Positions 13,071 to 26,872 of a DNA stretch of 64,000 bases are shown piece by piece (within the stretch, counting starts at the first letter, position 1; every line of letters starts with the position of its first letter). The notes beneath the pieces are model-generated. The model worked only from the letters and a program-made list of their open reading frames with translations. It did no database searches and was not told the origin of the DNA. The position numbers were made by a program, and so were the translations under genes. The stretch comes from Octopus bimaculoides (lineage: Eukaryota): positions 76,076,620 through 76,140,619 of the forward strand of contig NC_068984.1 of the NCBI RefSeq assembly GCF_001194135.2, given 5' to 3'.

Positions 13071-13121
13071 AGCAAGCACATTATATATATATATAGATAT
13101 ATACACATACAACAATATACA

Positions 13122-13311
13122 TACTCTTTTATTTGTTTCAGTCAATTGACTGTGGCCATGTTGGAGCACCGCCTTTAGTCAAGTAAATCGATCCCAGGAC
13201 TTATTCTTTGTAAGCTTAGTACTTATTCTAGCTTTCTCTTTTGCCGAACCGCTAAGTTTCGTGGACATAAACACACCAGTATCGGTTGTCAAACGATGTT
13301 GGGGTGACAAA
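13122..13311 (-). mobile_element. SINE family A, 3' half
   Basis: Reverse complement of the 3' half of 12619-12997, with scattered substitutions. Confidence 0.85.
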
Positions 13312-13323
13312 CATATACAACTT

Positions 13324-13368
<45 letters not shown>

Positions 13369-15169
13369 TTATATATATACAAAACACACACACTCATATA
13401 ATCACATATATAATAGCATATATATAATCGCATATATATGCACACATATATACACACATATACAAACAGATACACACACACACATATATATATATATATA
13501 TTACATAAATACACACAAATATATGGTGCTACTTTGGTATGAGATCTACAAGAGTCAAATTCTACTTTAGTAATGCTATCTACACGTCTCATATATTTAT
13601 TATGGCTGAAATATAACAGTCTTACATTTTTATACATATATCAAAATGAAACTGATCTGAAACAAATTTACTAATTATATGTGTGTGTATGTGTACATGT
13701 GTGAGTGCGCGCATGTATGTATGTATGTATGTATGTATGTGGCATAAGTAACCCTGCGGCTCTTTATCTCTTTGGTACGCATACTCATATTTGTAAGACC
13801 TTTTTAAAATTTCGTAACAATATCTAGTTTATGTTCTGGGTGGATACTAATAGCGTAACAGTGTGCTATGTGCTACATACTGTGTTAAATAAATATTCTT
13901 TTTGTGCTCAGTCACTATTTATGATGAGCAAAATATCTCAAGGCCAGCTGCTACACAAAGGGTTACACACACACTCATTGTAGATGGATCGTATTGGTAT
14001 GCGATGATCCCCTACGTCCTGCACCATTTTAGGAGGATTTATTATTGAAAAAGGAATATAACTTTCACTCACACACACAAGAACATCATTGCAGATTTTT
14101 TTTACCCTTCCCTTTTCAAAAGGACCGATTTAAAACTGGTCTCGTAACTTCATTATATTTGTTGTATTGACTCCAAACAATGAAAGAGTTTCTCGTACAT
14201 GATCACTCATCCGGCTAGAAAGAACAACCAAATCTCTCGCAAAAATCACCCGGGCTATCTTTAGAGAGAAAAAAAATGGTGTAGACACAGTGGAGTATGT
14301 CGCCTATTTGGAAGGAAGAGTGAAGCCTTTTGAGAAGCCAGTTCGATCAGGGGTAACCTGCCAGTGAACTGCAACAGGAAAAGTCGCAGAGAGGACAACT
14401 TGAGATAAAAGTCATCACCAATATAACTTAAGTCATTGTTAGAAATCAGTATTAATCAAATAAGACTATATTTTCCTGTGGGCAGGGAATAATCGATTAT
14501 ATTGGTCCACTTCCGGTATTAGACGGGTGCTGTATTTTATCGACCCTTGAAGAATGAGACACCAATTCAACCTCGACGGAATTTGAATCCAGTACATAAA
14601 GTAGTATTAAACTAAACACCACAAAGCTTCTCATTTTACGATCTACCTATTCTGTTGCCTGTTTTTTCGTTTCAATTAAAAAGAAAGTATAATCTGACAA
14701 TAAATAAATTTCGAAGCAGAGATTTGTGCTACAAACAAGTTTCCACCTATGAGTGAATTGGGTTTTTTTTTTTATCAATTATAGTAATTATAGTTAATGA
14801 ATAAAATAAATAAATAAAATAAAAATTGAACTTCATTTAACAGTCAATGGGTATAGAAGGTAAATAAGTACACGCTTAGTTTTCCTAACTTTAATTTTAA
14901 ATTGTGATTAAACTACCGAATTATTCCTCGCAGAACTTTCACTATGACGGGACACACAATTCTTTACTCAATAAATAACCAGCTTCCTTGGATTATATCA
15001 TTTTAATTGCTCTACAATTATTACAGCTGAACTCTATCGTATGATTAAAATTAATTTCGAATTATTCTAAGTTAAAAAAAAAAAAAGAAAATTAATGAAT
15101 TTGTTAACTTTAATAGTTATCAAAATCAAAATAAAGGATTCTTTATTTCACACAAAGGCCCTTTACATT

Positions 15170-15285
15170 TTGAGAAGGAGCATGCGTAAATAGGACAATA
15201 TAACGTTCGTACGCTTCCCGGGGACCAGTGTGAATTAAACTTGCCTCAAGCTAGAATCGAAATGGGGATGCGATCTCGACACGAG
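15170..15285 (+). other. Candidate first exon of a plus-strand transcript (possible start MGMRSRHE at 15262)
   Basis: CpG-rich patch ending at a strong donor GAG|GTAAGC (GT at 15286-15287). CpG-poor sequence begins shortly downstream. The 5' boundary is unknown. Confidence 0.33.
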
Positions 15286-15678
15286 GTAAGCATCTTACAT
15301 GCCCACTTTTCTTCAACGAATCACCACTGCTGATATGACTAAATATAAACCAATTCATTATCGGCATCACACTATTTCTTTCTTATATTATTTAGTTTGC
15401 AACGAAACTATAAACAACCTATTGTTAGATTTATTGCAGAGATATTTTAAACAACTTAAAAAACACAATTATGTTACTATTTTGTATCATTGCATTAAGT
15501 ATTCGATTATTATGTTCTATTTGTTTTTATCTCAAATAAATTGGCAAAACACATCTATGGGGAAAAAAAATTATAATTCTGTTTTAATATCTGCATATGT
15601 GTGTGAATATAAGTGTGCACGTTGAGAGTCTACATCATACATATGCATAATACCTCACAAATGTACACACATACATAT

Positions 15679-15727
<49 letters not shown>

Positions 15728-15805
15728 CCAAAGTGTATGTACGCCGCTATATTTTATATAGATAGATGTATATATATATGTGTGTGTGTGTGTGTATATT
15801 CTTTG

Positions 15806-16166
15806 TATCAGTCTCTTTTGCTGACCCGCTAAGTTACGGGGACGTAAATACAATAACATTGGTTGTCAAGTGATGATGGGGGAAGAAACAGACACCGAAT
15901 ACATATATATATATATATNNNNNNNNNNNNNNNNNNNNNNNNNNNNNNNNNNNNNNNNNNNNNNNNNNNNNNNNNNNNNNNNNNNNNNNNNNNNNNNNNN
16001 NNNNNNNNNNNNNNNNNNNNNNNNNNNNNNNNNNNNNNNNNNNNNNNNNNNNNNNNNTATATATAGATATACGATGTGCCTGAGGCTATAGTAGAAGACA
16101 CTTGCCTGCAGAGCAACTGAACCTGGAACTATGTGGTTGAGAAGCAAGCTTCTTACCACACAACCA
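15806..16166 (-). mobile_element. SINE family A, 3'-truncated, gap inside
   Basis: Head at 16166 and body down to about 15806. The usual GAAACAAGTAAAAGAG tail is missing. Confidence 0.8.
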
Positions 16167-16229
16167 CTCATGCACCTATCTATCTATCTATCTATATAAA
16201 ATATAGCGGCGTACATACACTTTGGTCTC

Positions 16230-16260
<31 letters not shown>

Positions 16261-17156
16261 TATATATATATATGAACATTTCTAGATATGTATGTATAAA
16301 ATGTATCTATGTATGTACGCACACATATTCAGACATGTTTTAAACAGGCAAATACAAAACCAACTTGTGCACTTAACATGTGGATGCACATTTACATTAC
16401 AAAAAAAAAATCTACTTGAAATTTTGAAAACATAAAACACAATATTGAAAGTTTGAAATAAATGGTAATATATCATAACTATTCAAGTAATTTCTATACC
16501 AAGCAATAATATGATTCCTAGAGATATGGAAAACAAACTCTAGTTTAACAAGTAACAGGAAGTTATGAAACCTGAAGTCAGAATAACACCCCCAATGAAA
16601 AGAACAGATGTTAATAATAATGACAACATTGAAACAAAAACAAGTTAACTTTATTACATTTACAGATAAAAATCAAAGATATGTATGCCTTCAGGTCAGA
16701 TTAATTTTAGATTTAATGTCAGATGAAATTGTTTAATATTTGACAGATGGTGTAAGGTAAGAGAGTCAGTCACACAGTGTAGTGTTCATGATAGAGTGGA
16801 AGGAAAATATATAGCCCTGTATGTGGGTGCTCCATATCCTAGAAGAAAAAGCAGTCGGATCTCCCTCACTACACCTTACGACCTTGAGAATAAAGCAATG
16901 GATTATCGTAGCCTTGGATTATAAGTCTGCCCAGTTAAGGCTGGCTTGTGTTTTAGCAACTACAAAAGTAAGACTGCAGAATTTTTTTTTTTAGTGNNNN
17001 NNNNNNNNNNNNNNNNNNNNNNNNNNNNNNNNNNNNNNNNNNNNNNNNNNNNNNNNNNNNNNNNNNNNNNNNNNNNNNNNNNNNNNNNNNNNNNNNNNNN
17101 NNNNNNNNNNNNNNNNNNNNNNNNNNNNNNNNNNNNNNNNNNNNNNNNNNNNNNNN

Positions 17157-17210
<54 letters not shown>

Positions 17211-17391
17211 TGCACATGTATACTGTGTAAAAATATATATGGCACATAGTGTTGTGCATGAAAATATAACCCCTACATGGGTACTCCATCTGTTAGAAAT
17301 AGTAGCCAAATTTCACTCACTACACATTACCATCATGCCACAAAAAAATGTATGCACTAGTTGTATATAGTCTGTGTACTTTATCATTATT

Positions 17392-17810
17392 AAGGTGGTG
17401 AACTGGCATGATGGGCAAAATGCTTAGCAGTATTTCGTCCATCTTTATGTTCTGAAGTTGACTTTGCCTTTCCTCCTTTCTGGGGTCAATTAAATGCATA
17501 CCAGTTGAGTACTGGGGTCAATGTAATCAACTTATTACCCTCACTCAAAATTACTGACTTTTTGCCAAATTTTGAAATTCTTTTTTTTTCTTTTTTTTTT
17601 TTATAATTAAGGTAGCAAAGCTGGTAGAACAGTTAGCATGACTAACAAAATGCTTCACAGCATTTATGTTCTGAGTTCAAATTCTGCTAAGGTCAAGTTT
17701 GCCTTTCATTCTTTTGGGGTTGATAAAATAAGTATTTGTTGAGAACTGGGGTTGATGTAATTCACTTTCCCTTTCTCTTGAAATTGCTGGCTTTATGCCA
17801 AATTTCTAAA
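17392..17810 (+). mobile_element. Two tandem copies of SINE family B
   Basis: TTAAGG..G.GA.CTGG...AAAATGCTT.GC...GTTCTGAGTTCAAATT...GACTTTGCCTTTCATCCTTT.GGGGT.GATAAA consensus at about 17392 and about 17610. Confidence 0.75.
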
Positions 17811-19130
17811 ACATTATTATTAATTGATCAATTGATTGATCTGTCAAAATGTTTTGACAATTTTCTAGCCCTTTAAATCAGTCCACCATAATTGTTCTGT
17901 TCTTTCTGGGTGTTTGGTGTTGGTGGTCAGTGCAACAGGTACATGTTTGTTGCAATGTTCTTGGATAGTATGTCTATAACTGAAATGATGTTGTGCCTGT
18001 GACAGTGAGCGTTGATGTAGTTTTGTTTTCTAACACATACACACATTACATGTCGTTCCTATTTTGTTTTCTGCCAACTGAGCAAATAGCAAATACAAGT
18101 CCACTCAGAGTTGCCATAATCAGTTTATTCATTTGTGTGCACGTGTGTGTGTGAGAGAGAGAGGAGAGAGAGAGAGAGAGACTATCCATTTATTCATAAA
18201 CATACACACGTGCACATACTTTTATACACATACGTATTCATATATATATTCATGCAGATATATATTCAAGCACACACACAGAGTAAATTTATATTTTATT
18301 ATTTTCTATTATGTCATATCATATATAGTAATTCTCAGTTTATTGTATTATCTATTAGGTGGCGGTATAGTTATATCATTATTACCATTTATGTCTTTTG
18401 AAAGTGCCACTGCTACCTGATCTCATTCTTTCTGGCTCCCCACATGTGGACTGATTTACTGACCTGTTGGCACATCAATCAGATCACTGATTTATCATGT
18501 TTGTAGAACATCGATGCTGGTTACTTTCCATTGTATCTTATCAATGTGCCACAATTCTTTCACCTATGCTATGGGCTGTTTCCTCTGTATAAGTTGTAGT
18601 TATGTCACTAAACTGTCCTAGACATCTTTTTTTTTTTTTTTTTAGTATTTACCTGTGCTTTGGTTTTGGAATTCTGCCCTTACTCTAATGGGTAGAATAT
18701 ACTATTAAAGATTTAATAAAACTGCCAGTTCTTTTTAACAACCTTAATTCTAAGTTTAGTTTCATGTAACTTAACTCTAAAAAAAATAAAGATCAATAAA
18801 ATAACTACCATATTGCAAAAATGCTGGAGGTCAACATAATGCACTAATATCTCTGAATGCAGTGCCCCAGCATGGGCATAGTCCATTGACTGAAATCAGT
18901 AAAATAAAACATAAAATCGTGTGTGTGTGTGTGTGCATATATAGGCAGTTAATGAGCATAGTAAGAATGTGATGAACAAATACATTTGCTACTTGACAAC
19001 AGCATAATTGAAGTAAAGCAAAAATTAAAAATAAAATAAGCAAGCAAGCACTAAGTGAGCCAATATCTACAACTCAGTAAATAATGTTTTGCTGAATTAC
19101 CAAGGTATTTACTCATATCTCTATGCCAGC

Positions 19131-19168
<38 letters not shown>

Positions 19169-20104
19169 TGTGTCTGTGTGTAAAAATGAACACCCCCCCC
19201 CCCCCAAAAAAAAAAAAGATGATTGTTTTTATACATAAATACAAAATATCTTTTGAAATTTCATACATAATTAAAAAGAAAATTACAAAACTAAATTATC
19301 TATGAAAAGCAACTGTTCAGGGAATTTTAACACATAAATCACAAATAGGATTCATATAAAAATTACTAGACGTAAAAACAAAACAACAAAAAAAAGAAAC
19401 ATTTAAAGAGTACAGATGAGGATATTCTTAACATAGGCACAAGGTTACATGTATTGAGGGTGGACAAGGTTTGGCAGATTTAATCAATTTCAGTACTTGA
19501 TTAGTGATTAATTGCATCAAACTCAACAGAACTTAAAAAGATGTATTAGTAAATACCATAAAGTACTTAATCCATATGATATATCCTGGTTCTATTATAT
19601 AAGTCCTATTGTTATAAAAAGTTCCTATTTAAATGAATATGGACGCCATTGTAATTTTATAAAACACAGTTTTGTGAAGTTATGTTCAGAACACTAGCTT
19701 AGTAGAGGGGGAGTTCTAAATCCAACTAAATTTGATTATTTTTAAAACTGAAACCATCAATTCTAAGAAATATGGTATTGAGCAGTTTATTATCAATCAC
19801 CCTACTGTTCAAACTCCTACTAACAGGCAATGGTGATATAAAAAAAAAACATAAGCAAAAAATTACAAATTTGGAGTGGTTAATTAAATAGATCCCACCT
19901 ACCAATAGCTGACAACTACTTTATTTTATCAAGGTTAGGAAGAAAAACTGCAAAGTTGATGATAAAAGCACTAGAACTTAGACTGTACAGACCCAAAACA
20001 AACACAACAAGGCATTTTGTTCAACATTAACGGTTCTTCCAATCAAATATTAATCTTTGCAAAAAGTAAAAAAAAAACAAAATCAATTTAAATCTGAGAT
20101 TTTA

Positions 20105-20464
20105 TACTCTTTTACTTGTTTCAGTCATTTGACTGTGGCCATGCTGAAGCACTGCCTTTAGTCAAGCAAATCAACACCAGGACTTATTCTTTGTAAGCCT
20201 AGTACTTATTCTATCAGGTTTTTTTGCCGCACTGCGAAGTTACAGGGACGTAAACACACCACTATCAGTTGTCAAGCGATGTTGGGGGGACAAACACAGA
20301 CACACATACATATATATGTATACATATATACGACGGGCTTCTTTCAGTTTCTTTCTACCAAATCCACTCACAAAGCTTTGGCCCGAGGCTATAGTAGAAG
20401 ACACTTGCCCAAGGTGCCACGCAGTGGGAATGAACCCAGAACCAAGCTACTTACCACACAGCCA
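20105..20464 (-). mobile_element. SINE family A, full length
   Basis: TACTCTTTTACTTGTTTCAGTC ... CTTACCACACAGCCA. Confidence 0.85.
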
Positions 20465-20550
20465 CTCCTTATATATTCTTTTATTTATTTATAAGTTTCA
20501 GTCCTAAGGCTGTGGCCATGCTGGGGCACCATATTCATACACACACACAC

Positions 20551-20589
<39 letters not shown>

Positions 20590-21637
20590 CATACACACAC
20601 ACTCCCTTAATATCAAGTCAATACAGAGCCTCTACCTAGTTATTCAACTTGCTAGAAACAGCAGCTAAATCATGTCAGTCATACATACAGTCTCAATAAA
20701 GGAAGGATGGATTTGATAACGTTCTATCATATGACATGAGTAAAAACAAAAACTTTTAATTACAAAAATTTTTTTAATTATAAAAGAAAAAAAAGAGATG
20801 AATAGTCAGGTCAAAGATTAAAACAGTTAGTTATAGAGTCTGCTCATAAAGAAGTGACCTGGAAATGAACAACAACTATTAACATATTGCACAACTAAAA
20901 ACACATTCATAGATTAGATTAGCAGTTGTGCCATTTTATCATATCTTGAATTTTTTTTTGAAGAATTAGGTTGATAAATTTTTCACTTAATGAAAATTTT
21001 GTGGAAAGCAAAAATAAAAGTAATTATTTTAGAGCAACATATAGATTCTATTCAAAACTTAGAGGAAACTACAAAAAAAACAACAAAACAAAACAAAACA
21101 AACTATTTTCATGTTTTACAAAATTAGAAAGATAAGGAAAAAAAGGACTGATTAAGAATAATTCGTTTTAAATAATCAACTAAAAAGAAAATAACAATAA
21201 TCCATAACAAAAAAAAAAAAAATTGAATGTAGGCTTTGTTGCCAACATGTATACTTTACAGATTTGTGTGTAAAGATATATACCTGTTTTGGTACTCCAG
21301 CATGGTCACACCCTTAGGGCTGAAACATATATAAGAACATATCTATCTATCTATCTGTGTATATTTATATAATATTGGTTCAGGCCTCACAGCTAGATAA
21401 TTATTTCCCCCAAGCAGTCAGCTATAAGGTCTGGATCAAGATTAAATTTTTACAAAATGGTTTAAATGTATTTAGTTCTTATTTGAAATGTATAGTCTTT
21501 TTGATTATTTGATCAAAACTATCACTTATACAAAATACTGAATGCTTGCTACGTGAATGAATGAATCCACACTGAAGATGTTTCCAAAAGTATCCAAGTT
21601 ATATAAAACCAACTACCTGTCTTTTTTTCTTTCTTTT

Positions 21638-21851
21638 TTTACTTGTTTCAGTCATTAGAGTGTGACCATATTGGGGCACCACCTTGATTAATTTTTAGTC
21701 GAACGTATTGACCCCAGCACTTATTTTTTAACTATTCTTTTAGTCCTTTTTTGCTAAACTGCTAAGACATGGGGATGTAAACACACCAGCACTGGTTGTC
21801 AAGTGATGATGGAGAATAGACACAAAGACACATGCACACACACACACACCC

Positions 21852-21929
<78 letters not shown>

Positions 21930-22080
21930 GATGGGTTTCTCTCAGTTTCCACCTACCAAATCCACTCACAAGGCTTTTGTTGGCCCGAGGTTATAATACA
22001 AGACACTTGCCCAAAGCACCATGCAATGGGACTGAAACTGGGGCCATGTGGTTGGAAAGTAAGCTTCTTACCACAGAACC
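21638..22080 (-). mobile_element. SINE family A, full length with expanded (TA)n
   Basis: Same head and tail as the other family A copies. Confidence 0.8.
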
Positions 22081-22339
22081 ATACCTTTGAAATAAAAAAA
22101 AATATTAAAAACCAAAATGTTAAGAGCTTGATTTGTAAGACACACAAATTCATAAACTGGTGATAAAATATCAAGCACTATTATCAATGATATTGCTTTG
22201 TATATATTCCAAGATTTTAATTTTATATATATCTCATCCTCTATATAATAAAATGATTTTTTTTTTAAATAAAAGCAATAAAAAAAACAAAAAAAAGAAG
22301 CTAACCACAGCCTTTGTTATAACCTTTCTACTATAGACA

Positions 22340-22540
22340 CAAGGCCTGAAATTTGGTGGGAAGAAAGCTACTAGTCAATTTCATCAAACCCAGTACTCAA
22401 CTGGTACATATTTTATTAACCCTGAAAGAATGAAAAGCAAAGTTGACCTCAGCAGAATCTGAACTCAGAATGTAAAGACAGCAGACTAAATGCCACAAAA
22501 AATTTTGTCCGGTGTGCTATTCTGCTAGCTCTCTGCCTTG
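22340..22540 (-). mobile_element. SINE family B
   Basis: Reverse complement of the family B consensus: CACAAGGCCTGAAATTT...GAAAAGCAAAGTTGACC...GAACTCAGAA. Confidence 0.75.
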
Positions 22541-25500
22541 CCCATGGCTGTTATAATGGATATCCACTTATATCAATCGTTATTATACTGGCATGTATTT
22601 TATTGCCCCTGAAAGGATAAAACTCATAACCAACAAAATTTTGATCAGAGCTCAGATACACAACTAAATAAAGCCAGGTATTCAAGCTGTCACACACCAC
22701 CACTCCATAGCACAATAGTAACAAAAAACTGCGACTAAACTACAGGCAAGACAAGAGTGATTTAATTAGCTTGCAAATAAAATGTATAAATGAGCAAAAA
22801 AAAAGAAAAAAACTAAAATCAAATTTTTTAAGTATAATAAAGCTGAAAGCATATTTTATAATGGACCCAATCAGGTTACTTTAAACAAAGTTCCTGCTTA
22901 AAAACAATGATGTAATATATTCAGATTTTGAAAACAAAAAATTCAATATGTAAATATAAACAAACCCAAATTTGGTGGAGTTTAAACTGATGACATGTTA
23001 AAATACATAGATCTTTACAAATAAAAAAAAAGTATGCTCATAAATATCTATTTAGGATAGCATCCACAAAAGATTCAGTGATTTAAATTTATCCAAAATG
23101 TAATATTTTTCAGTTTTTGCTTTTTTGTTTAAAAAAAAAAAATTCAAATAAAAATTGGGAGGGAGAATTAAGCCTTAAACCTAATTTGCTTCTTTTAACA
23201 ACATATAACTTCCAAGTAAAATCTTAATTCCTCAGGAAGCTGACATGAACACTATTTTATTTGATTTTCTCTTCAAACTAATTGCGTTTTTACAATCTTT
23301 TATTATCACCATTATTAACTTTTATTATTATTATCATTATCATTTAGCTAATATATAAAAAGGAGATAAAAATGATGGAAATAAACCAAAGAAGTAGAAA
23401 CTGTTGAATTTTCTCTGATGTTTGGTTATTAATAAATTGAACAAGAATATAGATAAAAAGAAACATTAAAAAATCATTTATAATCTATAAAAATGTTTTA
23501 ATATAAAAAAAAATTGTTTATAGATTGATTATAAACACAAATCATAAACCTTGCAATATTTTGGCTGCAATAAAGAAAAAAAAAAAAAGAAATATAGAAA
23601 GCTTAACTATTTGAAAGAAAAAAAAAATTTTATAATTATGCTCCTATCAGAAGAAAATTTTCTCAATTCCTTTAAATTACCATTTAGGAAGTAGCTTTTT
23701 AAAATAAACTTAACTATAAAATAATAAAAACTTAAAATTAAAAATATTTAACATAAAAGGAAATGTTAACGTTTATTTCTATTCATGGAAACATATGAAT
23801 TATTTGAGAATTTTCTGTTGATATTATGTATATTTATTAACTTATTTATTTCATTCATTTATTTATATTTGATATGGTGTTTTTCTATCAGACTATGAAA
23901 TCTTTAGCCAGCTAAGAGTGCATACACTTTAAACACACAACACATACACAAAGCATTTTTGATGTACTGGGCATGTAAACAAATGAACTAATGAGACTGA
24001 AATAACAAGACAGAAACCACATTAATCACGAATAACTTATTAACTGCAGTTCCGTTACAAATATTAAAAAAATGACTCGAGTTCTTTTCCTAAAACCTAA
24101 AATGAAACCCAAAATACTTCAACAGGAGTAAGGACAAAATACATAAAGCCAAACAAATAAAGTAAATGACATGGAAGAGGTTGTAGCTGTAGCTTTACCC
24201 TCCTTTTCTTGACACTGTAATTTCCATTGTATTAGCTTATAGGGTTAGGGGCCTAAAATGACAGTCAGTTGCAATGAAATTGCAAGTCAGCTGCTACAAG
24301 AAAGTTAATGCTACTACTATTATTACCACCACCACCACCACTCTTTGTTTTGTTTTTTGTATTTTTCTTTTTTAACGAACTAGCACATACTGATGGATTT
24401 ATGCAATACAAGGTTAATTCCTACTCCTTCAGTGCTTACTAATTGCAACAAAAAAAAAAAAAAAAAAAAAAAAGAAAAGCAACCCCAGTTTTATCCCAAT
24501 GATACCAAACCACCTGAGATCGAGCATTTTCCATTTATATATAACCAATTTAAAAGTGTTCATGTTTAAATTAATAACTTTCAACGTGAGTTTTTAAGAA
24601 AGAACTATTTCATTATGTCATCCTCCACATACCATCTTAATATTGAAAACATCATTTCACAAAACCTTGAGCTGTTTTACAGAATGAATTCAAACACAGG
24701 CAGTGGATTTCATTAAAACATGGTCAGAATAGAGGTATAGAAAGAAATAGTTTACAGTTGCTTCATAAACAAACCACTTTAAGCAACTCAACACTAACAG
24801 GAAAAACCACAAAAGTCAAAAGGTTGTGCACAATGAATATATAAGATACACACACAGACATACATGTGTGTGTGTGTGTGTGTGTGAAATATATTGAAAA
24901 AGAAATTAATTCATCGGAATATATTTCAAAATTATAATTAAAAAATATCAAAATAATCATATTTTATTATTTTTTTTTAAATTAAAGGCTCGGTAAAAAC
25001 TAGGTAATAAATGAATAAAATGGTTTTAAGCCAAGGTACTAATACAATCACTGACAAACACTGAAATGATACCAACACCATTTATAAGGTATTGAGTATA
25101 TTTTTTTTAATACTAATGAGAGAATATTGATAAAATTTAAAGCTCTTTTTAAAGGAAAACAAGAAATAAAGATTATCTCAAAATGGTTTAATGATTTCTA
25201 CCATGCTACAATACAAGTCTAAGTTTAGGGACAGGTTAAAATCTGATACTTATGAAAAACAAAAACAATCCTGGTAGGTTCAAACTCTGAAAATAAAGCA
25301 ATAATGACTAAATTTTGTTGATTTGATGATTCTGCAGATCTACTTTATTTTAAAACTGACATTAGTGACGGTTGAAAAGTTTGCTTTACAACTAATGATT
25401 TCAAGTTTGACCCCACTATGTATCAACTTGTGTCTTCTGCTACACCCTTGGGGTGACCAACAATGAGAAATTTGGTCAATAGAAACTGTATGCATGCATA

Positions 25501-26454
25501 TGTATATGCACATGCATGAATTTATTTATATCATCATCACTATCATTTAATGATCATCTTCCATGCTGGCACAGGTGGTGGCATGGTTCAACAAGATCCA
25601 GTGAGCTGGAGGGCTGTGTTAATCTCTGATATCTACTTTGGCATAGTTGCTATGGCTGGATACTCTCACACGCACATATACATACATAAACACACCATAT
25701 GGATATATACCCATGTGTATAGTCTGACAACTAGAAGTCAAAGTAACTTATTGAATAAGTACTGGAGTCAACAATGTTGACCGAACTCATAAAAGTAGTG
25801 TCCCAATAAAGCTGCAGTGCAGTGAATGAAAACCACTAAATGAATGATACTTTCATCAGGCTAAATTACAAGTAAACCTAATATGACAGCAATGAAATTT
25901 TAAAACTAAAATCTAGAAAATATATAGAATCTTAGTCATGCTCTTTGTAGAGTTGTAAATAATATCAACAAATCTTCAAATGCGAAGAGTCTTTATTTTT
26001 TCTTGCTTTTAAATATAATGCAAACTTTTTTTTTTAATATTCTATTTACATGAAAAAATATTTACATGCCTGGAACATTTGCATGTTGGTCACATTAGAG
26101 GAAACATACTCACACAGGCAGGTATGCACTGTTATACATACTGTATTTATATTATATATTAATGTGCACATGAATAATAAATGACAAATATTGAATACAT
26201 TTTCCCAACACTTTATATATATATATTACTATGTATATGAATATGTAATGACAGATATTGTATACATACTTCAGGCATCCTTCATTCATATTTATGTGCA
26301 CAAATTCAAAGATCTTTTTTTGTAACATATTTTGTTATATAAAGTTGCAAATTTCCTTTTAAATTTCACTTAAATGAAATTTGGAATTTACAAAGAAATG
26401 AATGGAATAAAAAAAAAAATGATACATGTACAAGCTATATACACACAAAGCTAT

Positions 26455-26605
26455 TACATACATACACACACGCATATATATACACACACACACACACATA
26501 TATATATACACACACATATATACACACACATATATATATACACACACATATATATACACACACACACACACATATATACACACACACACACACACATATA
26601 TACAC

Positions 26606-26639
<34 letters not shown>

Positions 26640-26640
26640 G
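26455..26640. repeat. Long compound (CA)n/(TA)n microsatellite
   Basis: Direct reading. It is representative of dozens of similar tracts (e.g. 6020-6446, 9340-9510, 10240-10390, 10915-11128, 12190-12620, 13000-13530, 21835-21930, 27315-27370, 50350-50430). Confidence 0.95.
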
Positions 26641-26786
26641 ACGGGCTTCTTTCAGTTTCCGTTTACCAATCCCACTCAAGGCTTTGGTCAGCCTGAGGCT
26701 ATAGAAGGCACTTGCCCAAGGTGCTATGCAGTGGGACTGAACCTGGAACCATGTGTTTGGGAAGTAAGCTTCTTACCACACAGCCA
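26640..26786 (-). mobile_element. SINE family A, 5' half, next to a long (CA)/(TA) tract
   Basis: ACGACGGGCTTCTTTCAGTTTCC ... CTTCTTACCACACAGCCA. Confidence 0.8.
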
Positions 26787-26872
26787 TGCCCATGCCTATA
26801 GCCTATATATTTTTTGAGTATATACTGTGTGCATGTGTAAGATATGTATCTACATGAAATATATTCTTTTCT

